A DNA stretch of 64,000 nt from Anaerolineae bacterium (GTDB lineage: Bacteria > Chloroflexota > Anaerolineae > Aggregatilineales > Phototrophicaceae): positions 29,509 through 93,508 of the forward strand of contig JAJEBE010000024.1 in NCBI GenBank assembly GCA_022822545.1, in the 5' to 3' direction. The translations under genes were made by a program, and so were the position numbers. Positions 45,064 to 55,476 of this stretch are shown piece by piece. The stretch's first letter is position 1; every line of letters starts with the position of its first letter. The notes below the pieces were generated by a model that was not told where the DNA came from, ran no database searches, and saw only the letters and a program-made list of their open reading frames with translations.

Positions 45064-46182
45064 GTGCCCAAGCTTCTTGTGGCGAGCGGGATATTCCATC
45101 CCGAGCCGGGCGGACCGGCCACCTACCTCCGCGCCATCCTGCCCGCCCTGCAGGGCTTGGGCTGGCAACTGCGCGTATTGACCTACGGCGAGCCGGGGCC
45201 GCCGGCTTATCCCTACCCGGTGACGCGTATCGCCCGCCAGTCATATCCCCTGCGCCGGTTGAAATATGGTCTGGCCGCCCGCCGCGAACTGGCCTGGGCC
45301 GACCTGGTCTACGCCCAGACCATCGACTTGCCGCTCTGGCGCGGACATCATTCGCCGCGCGTCATCAAGATCGTCGGCGATCAAGCCTGGGAGCGCTGCG
45401 TCCGCAAGCGCTGGATCCCGCCCGCTATGACCGTTGACGAGTTTCAGCGCCATCGCGGCGACCTGAGGGTCCGCTGGCAGAAGCGATCGCGCTCGCGGCA
45501 GATCGCGAGCATGGACGCCGTGATCGTGCCCAGCCAATATCTCAAGCGCATGGTGACGGCCTGGGGCATCGACGTCTCCAAGGTCCATGTCATCTACAAT
45601 GCCTTGCCGCTTCCGCCGCCGCCCGCCCTAAGCCGCGAGGCCATGCGCGCCGAACTTGGCTGGCCCGCTCAGCCCACGCTCATCGCCGTCGCGCGCCTCC
45701 AACCCTGGAAAGGCATCGACCACTTGATCGAAGCTGTCGCCGCTATGCCGGATTTGCGGCTGGTCATCGTCGGCGACGGGCCGGATCGCGGACGCCTCAG
45801 CGCTTTGGCTCAGCCTCTCGGCGGGCGCGTCCACTTCACCGGACAGTTGCAGCCGGAAGCTGTGCAACGCTGTATCGCCGCCGCCGATGGGCTAGCGCTC
45901 TACAGCGGCTACGAGGGGCTTTCGCATACGCTGCTGGAAAGCCTGCATCTGGGTACTCCCGCGCTCGCCAGCGACATCGGCGGCAATGCCGAAGTCCTGC
46001 GGCATGGGGTCAATGGCATTCTGGCGCCGCATATCGATATTGAGGCGCTGCGCAGCGGCATCAAGCAACTGATGGAGCGGCGCGACGAACTGGCTGCCAA
46101 CTGCAAGGCCGGGCTGGAGCGATTCAATTTTGAGTCGATGACGAGCGCTACCGACGCGCTGCTGCGGTCCTTGCTGCCTTAG
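45064..46182 (+). CDS. GT4 family glycosyltransferase
   Basis: GTG start. N-terminus KLLVASGIFHPEPGGPATYL and C-terminal EGLSHTLLESLHLGTPALASDIGGNAEVL signature. Confidence 0.85.
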   Translation: MPKLLVASGIFHPEPGGPATYLRAILPALQGLGWQLRVLTYGEPGPPAYPYPVTRIARQSYPLRRLKYGLAARRELAWADLVYAQTIDLPLWRGHHSPRVIKIVGDQAWERCVRKRWIPPAMTVDEFQRHRGDLRVRWQKRSRSRQIASMDAVIVPSQYLKRMVTAWGIDVSKVHVIYNALPLPPPPALSREAMRAELGWPAQPTLIAVARLQPWKGIDHLIEAVAAMPDLRLVIVGDGPDRGRLSALAQPLGGRVHFTGQLQPEAVQRCIAAADGLALYSGYEGLSHTLLESLHLGTPALASDIGGNAEVLRHGVNGILAPHIDIEALRSGIKQLMERRDELAANCKAGLERFNFESMTSATDALLRSLLP

Positions 46183-46188
46183 GCTCGC

Positions 46189-46875
46189 TTAACGCTTGAC
46201 GAAGCGATAACCGACCCCGCGCGATGTCAGGATGTATTCTGGCTGCTGCGGGTTGATTTCGAGCTTCTGCCGCAGGTAATGGATGTAGAGCTTGAGGCTG
46301 TCGATGGCATCGCTGTATTCTTCGCCCCAGGCCTCGGTCACCAATTCCGCCCGCGTGACGACGCGCCCGGCGTTGCGCACGAGCACAGCCAGCAGGTTAA
46401 ATTCCTTGGGCGTCAGATGCCGCAGCGTTTTTCTGATCCAGACTTCGCGGTTCATGAAGTTGATGCGGAAGTCGCCGTGGTTGAAGATCAACTCTTCGCT
46501 CAAGCTTGTACGGGGCGACCGCCGGAGCCGCGCGTGAATCCGCGCTACCAGTTCATCGTCATGGGGAGGTTTGATGATGTAGTCGTCCGCGCCCAAGTCC
46601 AAACCTTTGATGATATCGCTTTTGTCGTTGCGGGCGCTAAGAAATATTATAGGCATATCTGACATTTCACGTAATTGCCGACATATCTCCCAGCCGTCTT
46701 TATCGGGCAGAATGACATCAAGCATGACCAGATCCGGCTGGTTGCTATACGCTTGACGCAAGCCGCCCTGAGCGCAGTAGGCTTCAAACACCTCGAAGCC
46801 GCGCTTCTTTAACAGTGATGAAACATTGTCTACTGTTGACTTATCATCATCTATGATTAGTATTTTCCCCGCCAT
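46189..46875 (-). CDS. OmpR/PhoB family response regulator
   Basis: KILIIDDD, DLVMLDVILPDKDG and DDYIIKP receiver motifs. Winged-helix C-terminus (LTPKEFNLLAVL...RGVGYRF). No adjacent histidine kinase. Confidence 0.9.
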   Translation of the reverse strand: MAGKILIIDDDKSTVDNVSSLLKKRGFEVFEAYCAQGGLRQAYSNQPDLVMLDVILPDKDGWEICRQLREMSDMPIIFLSARNDKSDIIKGLDLGADDYIIKPPHDDELVARIHARLRRSPRTSLSEELIFNHGDFRINFMNREVWIRKTLRHLTPKEFNLLAVLVRNAGRVVTRAELVTEAWGEEYSDAIDSLKLYIHYLRQKLEINPQQPEYILTSRGVGYRFVKR

Positions 46876-47361
46876 TTATTCCCGCTCCTAATTAGGTTCC
46901 GTTGCACATGCGCAGCGCAGCCAAAGTCATGAGATAATTATGGGATAAGTACGACTCCGTTGCCGCAATCAGTCTTTGTAAGACACTTTATAACAAGAAT
47001 TACCAATATTGCAACAACCAAATTCGCAGCGCTCCGGCGCCTGTAGGATCATCTCCTTGTATCAACGCTCGCCAAAAGTAAGGCTATGCCTATTACGCGA
47101 TTAACTCTCAGCAAATACGAATTTCAGGCAATGCCGCTTGATCCAACCTGATAACTTGCGTTCAAGCTCAATGATTTGCTTAGTAAGATTCCCCATCAGG
47201 CACTAGGATAGCATGAATTTTCATACATTGCAATCTTTGCCCTAACTTCATATCATCAGTTTATTGCTGTGTTAATGGACGTTATTGGAAGTACGATTAT
47301 GCGAATGTTGTTTCAAGACTTGTGATGATCTGACAAGAAGGCTAGCGAACCGGCCGGCCCT

Positions 47362-47787
47362 CTAATCCGAAATGCGGATCGAGCCGATCAGTTGCTCGAC
47401 TTGTCTGGAAAAGTCGCTGAGGTTTGCGTCGGGCGGGTCGACCGAAACTTGGAGGAATTCGCCGGGGGATAGTGGAATGTAGCGATCGTTTCCGGCAGCG
47501 ATCGCATCAGTTGCCCGCAGGGAGACACGTCCGCCATTCGGCGCTATCAGCATCAGATGCAGTCGTTCAGCATTGGCCGGGCTCTGCTTGACCAATTGCC
47601 ATGCCCGCGGATAATCCAATTGGAAGCGGCCGCTATCGACATGCCCCGGCGAGACAACGATATAAGCGCCCGGCGTATGCTTCAGTTGCGGCGCCGCGGC
47701 AGGCGGATGCGCTGTACAGCCGGTTGACGCAATGGCGACCGCAAGAATCAGCAGGGCGGCAACAGGGGATTGCCGGAAGCGGATCAA
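47362..47787 (-). CDS. lipoprotein (hypothetical)
   Basis: Signal peptide with lipobox IASTGC. No recognised domain. Confidence 0.65.
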   Translation of the reverse strand: MIRFRQSPVAALLILAVAIASTGCTAHPPAAAPQLKHTPGAYIVVSPGHVDSGRFQLDYPRAWQLVKQSPANAERLHLMLIAPNGGRVSLRATDAIAAGNDRYIPLSPGEFLQVSVDPPDANLSDFSRQVEQLIGSIRISD

Positions 47788-47791
47788 GCGA

Positions 47792-48025
47792 TTACATCTC
47801 GGCGATGGAACGGGTGTCAGTCTTGCTGACGCCCTTGACGTTGCGGATAGCGCGGATGGTATTCATCAACTGAGTGATGTCATCGGCTTGCACAAAGGCG
47901 ATACAGTCATCGGGCCCGACGACAAGGTCGGCGCGCTCGACGCCTTCTACCGCGCGGATATCACGCAGGGAATCGGCAAAATCTACCGTCATGTTTAGAT
48001 GGATCAATACATAGGCTGCCGGCAT
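47792..48025 (-). CDS. stand-alone Lrp/AsnC-type ligand-binding (RAM) domain protein
   Basis: 77 aa with the pattern AYVLIHL...IRAVEGVERADLVVGPDDCIAFVQADD...IRNVKGVSKTDT, typical of AsnC_trans_reg domains. Confidence 0.65.
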   Translation of the reverse strand: MPAAYVLIHLNMTVDFADSLRDIRAVEGVERADLVVGPDDCIAFVQADDITQLMNTIRAIRNVKGVSKTDTRSIAEM

Positions 48026-48092
48026 TAGACCTCCTTGACTGTCGCTTTCGGCTCAACATCAGAGTTTGCCCTTAGGCTCTCGCGCATCGCTG

Positions 48093-49643
48093 TCATTCCC
48101 ACTCGATTGTCCCGGGTGGTTTGCTGGTTATATCATAGGCGACGCGGTTGATGCCAGCGACTTCGTTGACGATGCGAGCGCTGACCCGCGCAAGCAGGTC
48201 ATAGGGCAGGCGGGCCCAATCGGCCGTCATGAAATCGTCAGTGGTGACTGCGCGCAAGACCAGGACTTCTTCATAGCTGCGCTTGTCGCCCATGACGCCG
48301 ACGCTCTTCACCGGCAGCAAAACGGCAAAGCTTTGCGCCGTGCCCTGCCTCAGCATGCCGGCGGCTGCGAGCTCGTCGGTGAAGATGGCATCGGCCGCGC
48401 GCAATTTTTCCAGCCGCTCCCAGTTCAGCCCGCCCAGGCAGCGAATCGCCAAGCCGGGACCGGGAAATGGCTGCCGCCAAACGATCGCTTCAGGCAGGCC
48501 CAGCGCCAGGCCGATCTTGCGCACCTCGTCCTTGAAGCAGTCCCGCAGCGGTTCAACCAATTCAAAATGAAGATCGTCGGGCAAGCCGCCGACATTATGA
48601 TGCGATTTGATGGTCTTCGCGTTTTTGCTGTCGGCCGCGCTTTCTATGATATCGGGATAGATCGTGCCCTGCGCCAGAAAGCGGATGCCACGCAGTCGGC
48701 GCGCTTCTTCGCTGAAGACATCGACGAAGAGTTTGCCGATAATCTTTCGCTTTGCCTCCGGCTCGGTCACATTCTGCAGCGCGCCTAAAAAGCTTTCGAT
48801 GGCGTTCACCGCGATGAGGTTCATACCCTGCTCGCGACGAAAGACCTGCAGGACCTGTTCCGCCTCGCCTTTTCGCAGCAGGCCGTGATCGACGAAGATG
48901 CAGGTGAACTGCTCGCCGATGGCGCGCTGCATCAAAGCGCCGACCACGGCGGAATCAACGCCGCCGCTTAAGGCCAGCAGAACGCGCTCAGTCTGAACTT
49001 GGGCGCGAATCTTTTTGACCGCGTCTTCGATGAAAGATTCGGCCGACCATTTTCTTTGACAAGCGCAGATCCGGAACAGGAAGTTGCTCAGTATCGCCTG
49101 ACCCTGCGGGCTGTGCCGCACCTCGGGGTGGAATTGCACGCCGTAGCGGTTTCGGCTCAGGTCGCCAATGGCGGCGTAGGGCGAATTGTCCGATTCGGCC
49201 AAGGCGCTGTAACCCGGCGGCAGCGCCTCGATGCGATCGCCGTGGGACATCCACACGCGCAGGTCGGTCGCCAGCCCGTCAAAGAGCGGGCTGCGCGCTT
49301 GATGCGTGATGATCGCGGGACCGTATTCTCTGGTCTTTGCGGAAGCGACAAGCCCGCCGGCCGCCTCGGTCAGTAGCTGCATCCCATAGCAGATGCCCAG
49401 CACTGGGCTGTCGCTAGCCCGCAGGAATGCCGGCAGCCGCGGTGCATCTCGGTCGTAGACGCTGGCGGGTCCGCCGGAGAGGATGTAGCCGGCCGGCCGA
49501 TGCTGATTAATGTGCTCGGCGGCGCCATCGTGGGCAAAGACTTCGGAGTAAACACCGAGTTCGCGGATGCGGCGCGCGATCAATTGCGTATACTGCGAGC
49601 CGAAGTCGATGACTGCGATGCCGCCCCGTTTCAGATCGTCCAT
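48093..49643 (-). CDS. guaA: GMP synthase (glutamine-hydrolysing)
   Basis: GATase domain ([34 protein letters not shown]). ATP-PPase SGGVDS motif. C-terminal dimerisation domain ending PPGTIEWE. Start at ATG 49643. Confidence 0.95.
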   Translation of the reverse strand: MDDLKRGGIAVIDFGSQYTQLIARRIRELGVYSEVFAHDGAAEHINQHRPAGYILSGGPASVYDRDAPRLPAFLRASDSPVLGICYGMQLLTEAAGGLVASAKTREYGPAIITHQARSPLFDGLATDLRVWMSHGDRIEALPPGYSALAESDNSPYAAIGDLSRNRYGVQFHPEVRHSPQGQAILSNFLFRICACQRKWSAESFIEDAVKKIRAQVQTERVLLALSGGVDSAVVGALMQRAIGEQFTCIFVDHGLLRKGEAEQVLQVFRREQGMNLIAVNAIESFLGALQNVTEPEAKRKIIGKLFVDVFSEEARRLRGIRFLAQGTIYPDIIESAADSKNAKTIKSHHNVGGLPDDLHFELVEPLRDCFKDEVRKIGLALGLPEAIVWRQPFPGPGLAIRCLGGLNWERLEKLRAADAIFTDELAAAGMLRQGTAQSFAVLLPVKSVGVMGDKRSYEEVLVLRAVTTDDFMTADWARLPYDLLARVSARIVNEVAGINRVAYDITSKPPGTIEWE

Positions 49644-49704
49644 ATTTGACTGCTTCGTCCCTAGGCCCCTGAACGCGACCGGCATACTCTTCGGCCCGGG
49701 CTGA

Positions 49705-50823
49705 TCACTCGAGGAAGTCGGCGGATTGTTCCCAGGCGCCGTTGAACACGATTTCGCTCATACTTTTTCGTTCCCGCTGGGAGGATTCTCGCTGCCGATG
49801 CATCTCGCTGAGGTGATCAAGCTCGGACGCGCGGTAGCCCAAGGCGATGGCGGTGTAGGGCTCAAACTCGTCCGGGATGCGATAAAGCTCACGCGCCTTA
49901 TCCGGGAAGAAGCCGCCCATCTGGTGCGCGTAAACGCCAAAATCGAGCGCTTGCAAGACCATCTGCGCGATCGCCTGGCCCAGGTCGTGGCCGGCGTGAC
50001 GATTGATGACATCGGGCCCGCGATACTTGTGTGCGGCCGCGATCATCAGGACGGCGGCATGTTGCGCCCAGCTCTGGTTGCCCTCGCGCAATACCGACAG
50101 CACTTTGTTGAATTCGGCTTGATTTTCTTTCGGGGCGACAATGAAGCGCCAAGGTTGCAGATTGCTCGAGGACGCCGCCCAGCGCGCCGCCTCCAATATG
50201 CTCATAAGCGTGCCGCGGTCAATGCCGCGCCCCCGATCAAAGCCGACCGGGCTCCAGCGATGACGGATCAAAGCGTGCAGGGGATAATCGCTTTGCGGCA
50301 GCTTCTGCTCTAGGCTGAGCGCTTTGGCGCCGTCATCAGTTGCTTTCGCGTAGGACTTGCTAAGCGCGTCAAACACTTTCGGCGCGATAAGCCAGACAAG
50401 CTCGCCGTGCCGCGCTTGCTTGCCCAGCAGATCAACGCGCGCCAAGCCGCCCTTCTTCATTGACGCATCAACGCCGGTCAACTGATGAACCAGCAGGCTC
50501 ATATCGGGATTATGCCCGACAAACATAACCTCGTCATCGATGCGCGAATCACGGGTCAGGCGGTTGATATCGCTCAGGTCGAAGCCGAAATTGACCTCGT
50601 CGGCCAGGCTGACCGGCAAGCGGAGGGCATCGCCGACGATCTCTGCCGTTTGCCGCGCGCGAAGGCGTGGACTGCTGAAGATTCGCGCCGGCTGCAAGTT
50701 CAGGCGCTGCATCACCGCGGCGGATGCGGCCACGCGCCGCCGGCCACGCGCGGTCAGTTCGCGGGAGAAATCATCTTCCGCCGTGTCTTCAGCGATGCCA
50801 TGTCTTAAGAAATAATACCTCAT
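49705..50823 (-). CDS. SixA-like histidine phosphatase fused to nitroreductase domain
   Basis: N-terminus [13 protein letters not shown]...[13 protein letters not shown]...FVGHNPDMS (SixA/His-phosphatase). C-terminus RHRWSPVGF...[21 protein letters not shown] (nitroreductase). Start at ATG 50823. Confidence 0.85.
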   Translation of the reverse strand: MRYYFLRHGIAEDTAEDDFSRELTARGRRRVAASAAVMQRLNLQPARIFSSPRLRARQTAEIVGDALRLPVSLADEVNFGFDLSDINRLTRDSRIDDEVMFVGHNPDMSLLVHQLTGVDASMKKGGLARVDLLGKQARHGELVWLIAPKVFDALSKSYAKATDDGAKALSLEQKLPQSDYPLHALIRHRWSPVGFDRGRGIDRGTLMSILEAARWAASSSNLQPWRFIVAPKENQAEFNKVLSVLREGNQSWAQHAAVLMIAAAHKYRGPDVINRHAGHDLGQAIAQMVLQALDFGVYAHQMGGFFPDKARELYRIPDEFEPYTAIALGYRASELDHLSEMHRQRESSQRERKSMSEIVFNGAWEQSADFLE

Positions 50824-50862
50824 GCTCACATTCCCGATTGCCGTGTTAAAGCTAACAGCTTA

Positions 50863-51165
50863 TCAATTGGGGGCCGGCGCTGGCTCCGCCTTTTTGCTTT
50901 CGGTCTTTGATTCGGTCTTGGTTTCGGCTTTCTTTTCCGCCGCGGCTTTGCCATTTTCCCCCGCGCCGGCCGGCTTGGCGGGGTTGTTCGCCTTGTTGTT
51001 GTCGTTCACATAGAATCCGCTGCCTTTGAAGATGATGCCCGCCGGCTGGATCACGCGCGTGACGCCCTGACCGGTAGTGGGGCAGAGCTCCAGCGGGCTA
51101 TCGCGGAATTTCTGACGATAGTCGAAGGTCGTGCCGTCCTCACGGCGATAGGTATAAACTGGCAT
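50863..51165 (-). CDS. FmdB-like (zinc-ribbon family) protein with Cys-depleted ribbon and Lys/Ala/Glu-rich tail
   Basis: MPVYTYRREDGTTFDYRQ...LCPTTGQGVTRVIQPAGIIFKGSGFYVNDN follows the FmdB/CxxC_CxxC_SSSS pattern, but only one Cys remains. Confidence 0.7.
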   Translation of the reverse strand: MPVYTYRREDGTTFDYRQKFRDSPLELCPTTGQGVTRVIQPAGIIFKGSGFYVNDNNKANNPAKPAGAGENGKAAAEKKAETKTESKTESKKAEPAPAPN

Positions 51166-51475
51166 GCGGATACACCCTCAATCACTGGCATCAAAGCCAA
51201 TATATTAGCCGAAAACTTCGGAGAATTGCACAGGCAATTCCGTCCGCGCTGTGATTCCGCGCGTTCGCGGGTTTACGCGATCGGCGACGAACTGGCAATT
51301 CACTCCCAGGTCGTTACAATGAGCGCTAGACAGAGAGAATAGGCGACACATGTTATGAGCGGATTTCTCGTGCCAGCGCTGGCGGTCGGCTTGATCGTCA
51401 TCGCCGCGATCGATATTTATCGCAGCCGGCGGAAGCAAAAGCCGGATATCGACAGCGACTGAAGCCCGGAGGCGC

Positions 51476-52150
51476 TTATGGCTTTGTCGCTTCGAAGACC
51501 ATTGTCTCGTAGCGCATCGCCTCCTCATTGCCGACGTAGCTGCCGTGCTGCTCCAGACCGCGGAGTTGCTCATCTTCGCTTTCGCCCGGTTGGGCGCGGA
51601 CGATACCCCGAAAGCCGGCGTCGGCCAGCGCTTTTGTCAAGGTCATCTCGTCATAAATGAATTTGTGCCGCCAGCCGTGGAAGGACTGGTTGATGGCATG
51701 CGCCGGGCTGAAGTCGCCGAACTGGGGGCGGAAGGTCCGCATGATCCAGCGAATGTAAGTCGCTTGCTCGTCGCCATCGGGCTTGGCGTAGAGCGCGATG
51801 ATCCGCTGCAGGTCGGGCGTCGCCAGTCTTATTTTGCCGCTGGGTTTCAGCCCGCGGAAGCATTCGCGCAGCATCGCCATCGCCTCTTCAAATTCGAGAT
51901 GTTCTATGACGTGTTCGCTGAATATGTAATCGAGGCTGCTGGTCGGGATAGGGAAGGGGCGGCGCGCATCCAGGAAGACCGTGCCCGGCTCAATCGGATA
52001 GAGCGTCGTATTCAGCCAGCCGCGCAGCAGGTTGTGCCCGCTGCCGATCTGCAATCCCGCGGGTGATGCTTCCGACAGGTAGCGCTTGATTTTGATCGGG
52101 GCGACCCAAGTCCAATATCCCTGCCTCAGACGAAACGTTAAACTCGCCAT
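51476..52150 (-). CDS. class I SAM-dependent methyltransferase
   Basis: LQIGSGHNLLRGWLN, IFSEHVIEHL and LKPSGKIRLATPD motifs. Confidence 0.8.
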   Translation of the reverse strand: MASLTFRLRQGYWTWVAPIKIKRYLSEASPAGLQIGSGHNLLRGWLNTTLYPIEPGTVFLDARRPFPIPTSSLDYIFSEHVIEHLEFEEAMAMLRECFRGLKPSGKIRLATPDLQRIIALYAKPDGDEQATYIRWIMRTFRPQFGDFSPAHAINQSFHGWRHKFIYDEMTLTKALADAGFRGIVRAQPGESEDEQLRGLEQHGSYVGNEEAMRYETMVFEATKP

Positions 52151-52412
52151 CTGCTATCTTGCCTCGTCGGAATGTTCAATGCTCGCCCTGGCTGACGAAA
52201 AATGTCACGCCATCTCTTGAATCGGCTTTAGCTCGACGGTAGTATCATCGCTAGGGCAAGCCGCGCTAAATATGCCGATGTTTGAATTCGAACCATGGAG
52301 ATGCAAGCCGATGCTCATCAAAGCCTCCCCAGACTTGCGAATCTCAGCGATTTTCGCAGACATCGCGAAATTGCGCTAGCCGAACACGATTAAGCCGACC
52401 AGCACGAAGGCT

Positions 52413-52784
52413 ATGATCCGCACTGGCATTGATATGATCGAATGCGAGCGCATCGCGCAGGGCATCGAGCGCTTCGGCGAACGCTTTCTGGCGCGCTTCT
52501 TCACCGCTGGCGAGCGGGCGGATTGCGCTGACAATCCGGCGCGTCTTGCGGCTCGCTTCGCCGCCAAAGAAGCGGTGGCCAAGGCGCTCGGCACCGGCAT
52601 CGGCGATATCCGCTGGGTCGAGATTGAAGTACGCACCGATGATGAGCGACGGCGGCCACGGCTAATCCTGCACGGCGCGGCGCGGTCCTTGGCCGAGGAG
52701 TTGAATCTGATCGAGTGGGATGTCAGCTTGTCGCATACCGGGTCGCTGGCGCTGGCGGTGGCGGTCGCCAAATCAGCGGATTAG
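52413..52784 (+). CDS. acpS: holo-[acyl-carrier-protein] synthase
   Basis: MIRTGIDMIECERI, FAAKEAVAKALGTG and SLSHTGSLALAVAVA motifs in a 123-aa protein. Confidence 0.9.
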   Translation: MIRTGIDMIECERIAQGIERFGERFLARFFTAGERADCADNPARLAARFAAKEAVAKALGTGIGDIRWVEIEVRTDDERRRPRLILHGAARSLAEELNLIEWDVSLSHTGSLALAVAVAKSAD

Positions 52785-54406
52785 TCGAGATCAAGATCGT
52801 CAAAGAGCCGCATCAGTTTCAGCGCGATCTGCAAGTTGAGGCGGGTGGCGGGCGCCGATAGGTCAACGGCGCAGATCTCTCTGACGCGCGCCAGCCGATA
52901 ATTCAGCGTGCTGCGATGGATATGCAGGGCATCCGCCGTCTGCACACTGTTGCCGCCCGCGTCCAGGTAGGTTTCCAGCGTGTTGAAGAGGTCCGCTCCC
53001 CGCTCGTCCAGAAGGCGGCGCAGAATCGGCACATACTCGTTATGCGACAAGCCGGCCGGCCCAGCGTGAAACAGCGTGTGGATATAACCAAGGTCTTCGA
53101 AGCGGTGCACATGATTGCGGCGGTGGATGCGTTGCCCGATCGCCAGCACCTCGTGACATTGCTGGTGGGCCGCGCCGACCTGGTCCATGCCGACGAACTC
53201 GCGGCTGATGGCTATCTTCAAGCCGTCCTCGCCGTTTTCCAGCTGCTCCACGAGCGCAGCCGCCAACTCCCCAATCGCCTCATCCGCCCGCGCCAGGATG
53301 ACCACCTGACCGGCGAATTGCGCCGCCACCGCCTGCCGCTTGCCGACTGTGAGCACATGGTTGATCGTGCGATAAGCGCGGCTGGAACTTGATGGCTGCC
53401 CCTCGCTGATATTCACCAGCAGCATACGCCAGGGCTGGCGCAGATCGACGCCGTAGCGCAGCGACTGATCGCGGAGAATCGTCTGGCTCTTGCCCTCGCC
53501 TTGAATCAGTTGCGCCATCATGCTGCCTTTGAGCGATGCCTCGGCGGTCTGCAGCGATTCCTGATAGAGCATCAACAAGGCGGCAACGGTCGCGCCGATT
53601 TCTATCGCCATCATGTCTATCGGCGTCAAGGCATGCACATCGGCGATGATCCACATATAACCGTAGATCTCGCCCTGCACGACGATCGGCGCCAGCAGGC
53701 GCTCCATTTCCAGCCCGAGTTCCGGCATCACCGGCAACTGCACCGGCCGCAGCGTCTCGCGAATCCGAGGCAAATACTCGACTGCCAGCGCCTCGATCAA
53801 GCGTGGATCGGTGCGCCCGTGCTGAATCGTATAAGTCCGCGCCGAATCGACCTCGGCAATATTGCGATTGGCGATCGCCTCGAAGCGATCATTCTCGATG
53901 CTGATGGAATGCCCGACCTGGTCCGCCAGCATATTCGCCAGGTCGGAGAAGCCGCCGCCTTCCAGCACCAGCCGGGAAAGCCGTTGCTGTATCGAAAGCG
54001 CGCGGCTGACCGTGTCCAGATTCTCTTCGGCAATCCGCTCATTGATGACTTTCTCGATGTCTATAAAGCGAGTCTGATAGGGCAATTCAATCAGCGGCAG
54101 GTCCAGCTCATCTCCGATGGCGCGCAGATAGTCGGGGATTGCGTCCACCAGCGTACCGATGGTGATCACCACCGCGACGATGCCCTTGTCCGCCAATTGA
54201 CGGAGAAATTCGCCTTGCTCGGCCGGGGCGTCCGGCATGTGGAAGACCGTGGTCAGCACCAACTCGCCGCCATGCAGCCAATCGGCCGCGTTCTGCACGC
54301 CGACGTTGTGCACCCAGCGTATCGGGCGCTCCAGGCCGCCGGCGCCGGCGACCACGCGCGCATTCTCCAGTATGGGCAGTTTCAGCGCTTCTTTAAGCGT
54401 TAGCAT
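52781..54406 (-). CDS. PucR/CdaR family transcriptional regulator
   Basis: N-terminal PucR-like domain (LTLKEALKLPIL...RVVAGAGGLERPIRWVH). C-terminal PucR HTH (TLETYLDAGGNSVQTADALHIHRSTLNYRLARVREI). Confidence 0.85.
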   Translation of the reverse strand: MLTLKEALKLPILENARVVAGAGGLERPIRWVHNVGVQNAADWLHGGELVLTTVFHMPDAPAEQGEFLRQLADKGIVAVVITIGTLVDAIPDYLRAIGDELDLPLIELPYQTRFIDIEKVINERIAEENLDTVSRALSIQQRLSRLVLEGGGFSDLANMLADQVGHSISIENDRFEAIANRNIAEVDSARTYTIQHGRTDPRLIEALAVEYLPRIRETLRPVQLPVMPELGLEMERLLAPIVVQGEIYGYMWIIADVHALTPIDMMAIEIGATVAALLMLYQESLQTAEASLKGSMMAQLIQGEGKSQTILRDQSLRYGVDLRQPWRMLLVNISEGQPSSSSRAYRTINHVLTVGKRQAVAAQFAGQVVILARADEAIGELAAALVEQLENGEDGLKIAISREFVGMDQVGAAHQQCHEVLAIGQRIHRRNHVHRFEDLGYIHTLFHAGPAGLSHNEYVPILRRLLDERGADLFNTLETYLDAGGNSVQTADALHIHRSTLNYRLARVREICAVDLSAPATRLNLQIALKLMRLFDDLDLD

Positions 54407-54496
54407 AATTGCACAGACTGTCGGCCAAGACGGATTATGCAGGAGAGTATAGAGTTGTCGGCGGAAAGACGCAAAGGTGAAGCGCCGGGCGCGGCC

Positions 54497-55459
54497 TTAG
54501 GCCATCGGCATGTGATGGGCGGCGGCGTAACGCCCGCTGGCATGATGCGAGAGCTGCCGTTCGATATCCGTCAGCAAGCCGGAAGCGCCGAAGCGGAAGA
54601 GCTGATTGTTGAGCCAGGCATCGCCCAGTTCTTCCTTGATCAGTATCAGCCAGTTCAGCGCGTCCTTGGCGCTGCGGATGCCGCCGGCCGGTTTGAAGCC
54701 CACCCGATAACCCGTCATCGTTTGGTAGGCGCGGATCTCGCGCACCATGGTCAAGCCAACTTCCAGCGTCGCATTCACTGACTCCTTGCCCGTGCTCGTC
54801 TTGATGAAATCGGCGCCCGCCATCATGCAGACCTTGCTCGCCTGCGCCACATGCCAAAGGGGCCCCAACTCACCAGTGGCGAGGATGGTCTTGATATGCG
54901 CGTCGCCGCAGGCGCGCCGCATCTCGCAGACTTCATCGTATAGCGCCTGCCAATCGCCGCGCAGCACATGCTCGCGCGAGATGACGATGTCGATCTCGGC
55001 CGCGCCAGCTTCCACCGACTGATGAATCTCTTCGATGCGCTGGGCAAATGGACTGAGCCCGGCGGGAAAGCCGGTGGATACCGCCGCCACCGGGATGCCG
55101 GCCCCGCTCAGGGCCGCCAGCGCGTCCTTCACCCGCTGATGATAGACGCAGACCGCGCCGACAGTCAGACGCAGCGCATCGACGTCAAGCGCGTCGATAA
55201 TATCCTGGCGCAGGGGCTGGCGCGCCTTGGCGCAGAGCCGCGTCACTTTGCCGGGAGTGTCATCGCCCGCCAGCGTCGTCAGGTCGATCATGGTGATCGC
55301 CCGCAGCAGCCAGGCCGCCTGCCAGGCTTTTTTGACGCTGCGGCGGGTCCCGAGCGTCGCCGCGCGGCGTTGGGTCGCGCTCAGGTTAACCTTGGTGTCG
55401 CGCACCCAGCCCATATCCAGCGGGATGCCCGGATTCCGTTTGTGCTTTGCTGCCGCCAT
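54497..55459 (-). CDS. deoC: deoxyribose-phosphate aldolase (long, DERA-like form)
   Basis: IDLTTL, VAAVSTGFPAG and FIKTSTGK (Schiff-base Lys) motifs. 320 aa. Confidence 0.9.
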   Translation of the reverse strand: MAAAKHKRNPGIPLDMGWVRDTKVNLSATQRRAATLGTRRSVKKAWQAAWLLRAITMIDLTTLAGDDTPGKVTRLCAKARQPLRQDIIDALDVDALRLTVGAVCVYHQRVKDALAALSGAGIPVAAVSTGFPAGLSPFAQRIEEIHQSVEAGAAEIDIVISREHVLRGDWQALYDEVCEMRRACGDAHIKTILATGELGPLWHVAQASKVCMMAGADFIKTSTGKESVNATLEVGLTMVREIRAYQTMTGYRVGFKPAGGIRSAKDALNWLILIKEELGDAWLNNQLFRFGASGLLTDIERQLSHHASGRYAAAHHMPMA

Positions 55460-55476
55460 CTTGCCCTCGCTTGCGA

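Noticed and set aside
51355-51462. Unannotated 35-codon ORF (MSGFLVPALAVGLIVIAAIDIYRSRRKQKPDIDSD) resembling a single-TM small protein.
   Set aside because: It is too short to support from sequence alone and has only a weak ribosome-binding site. It is kept as a note, not a feature; Ribo-seq or conservation could rescue it.
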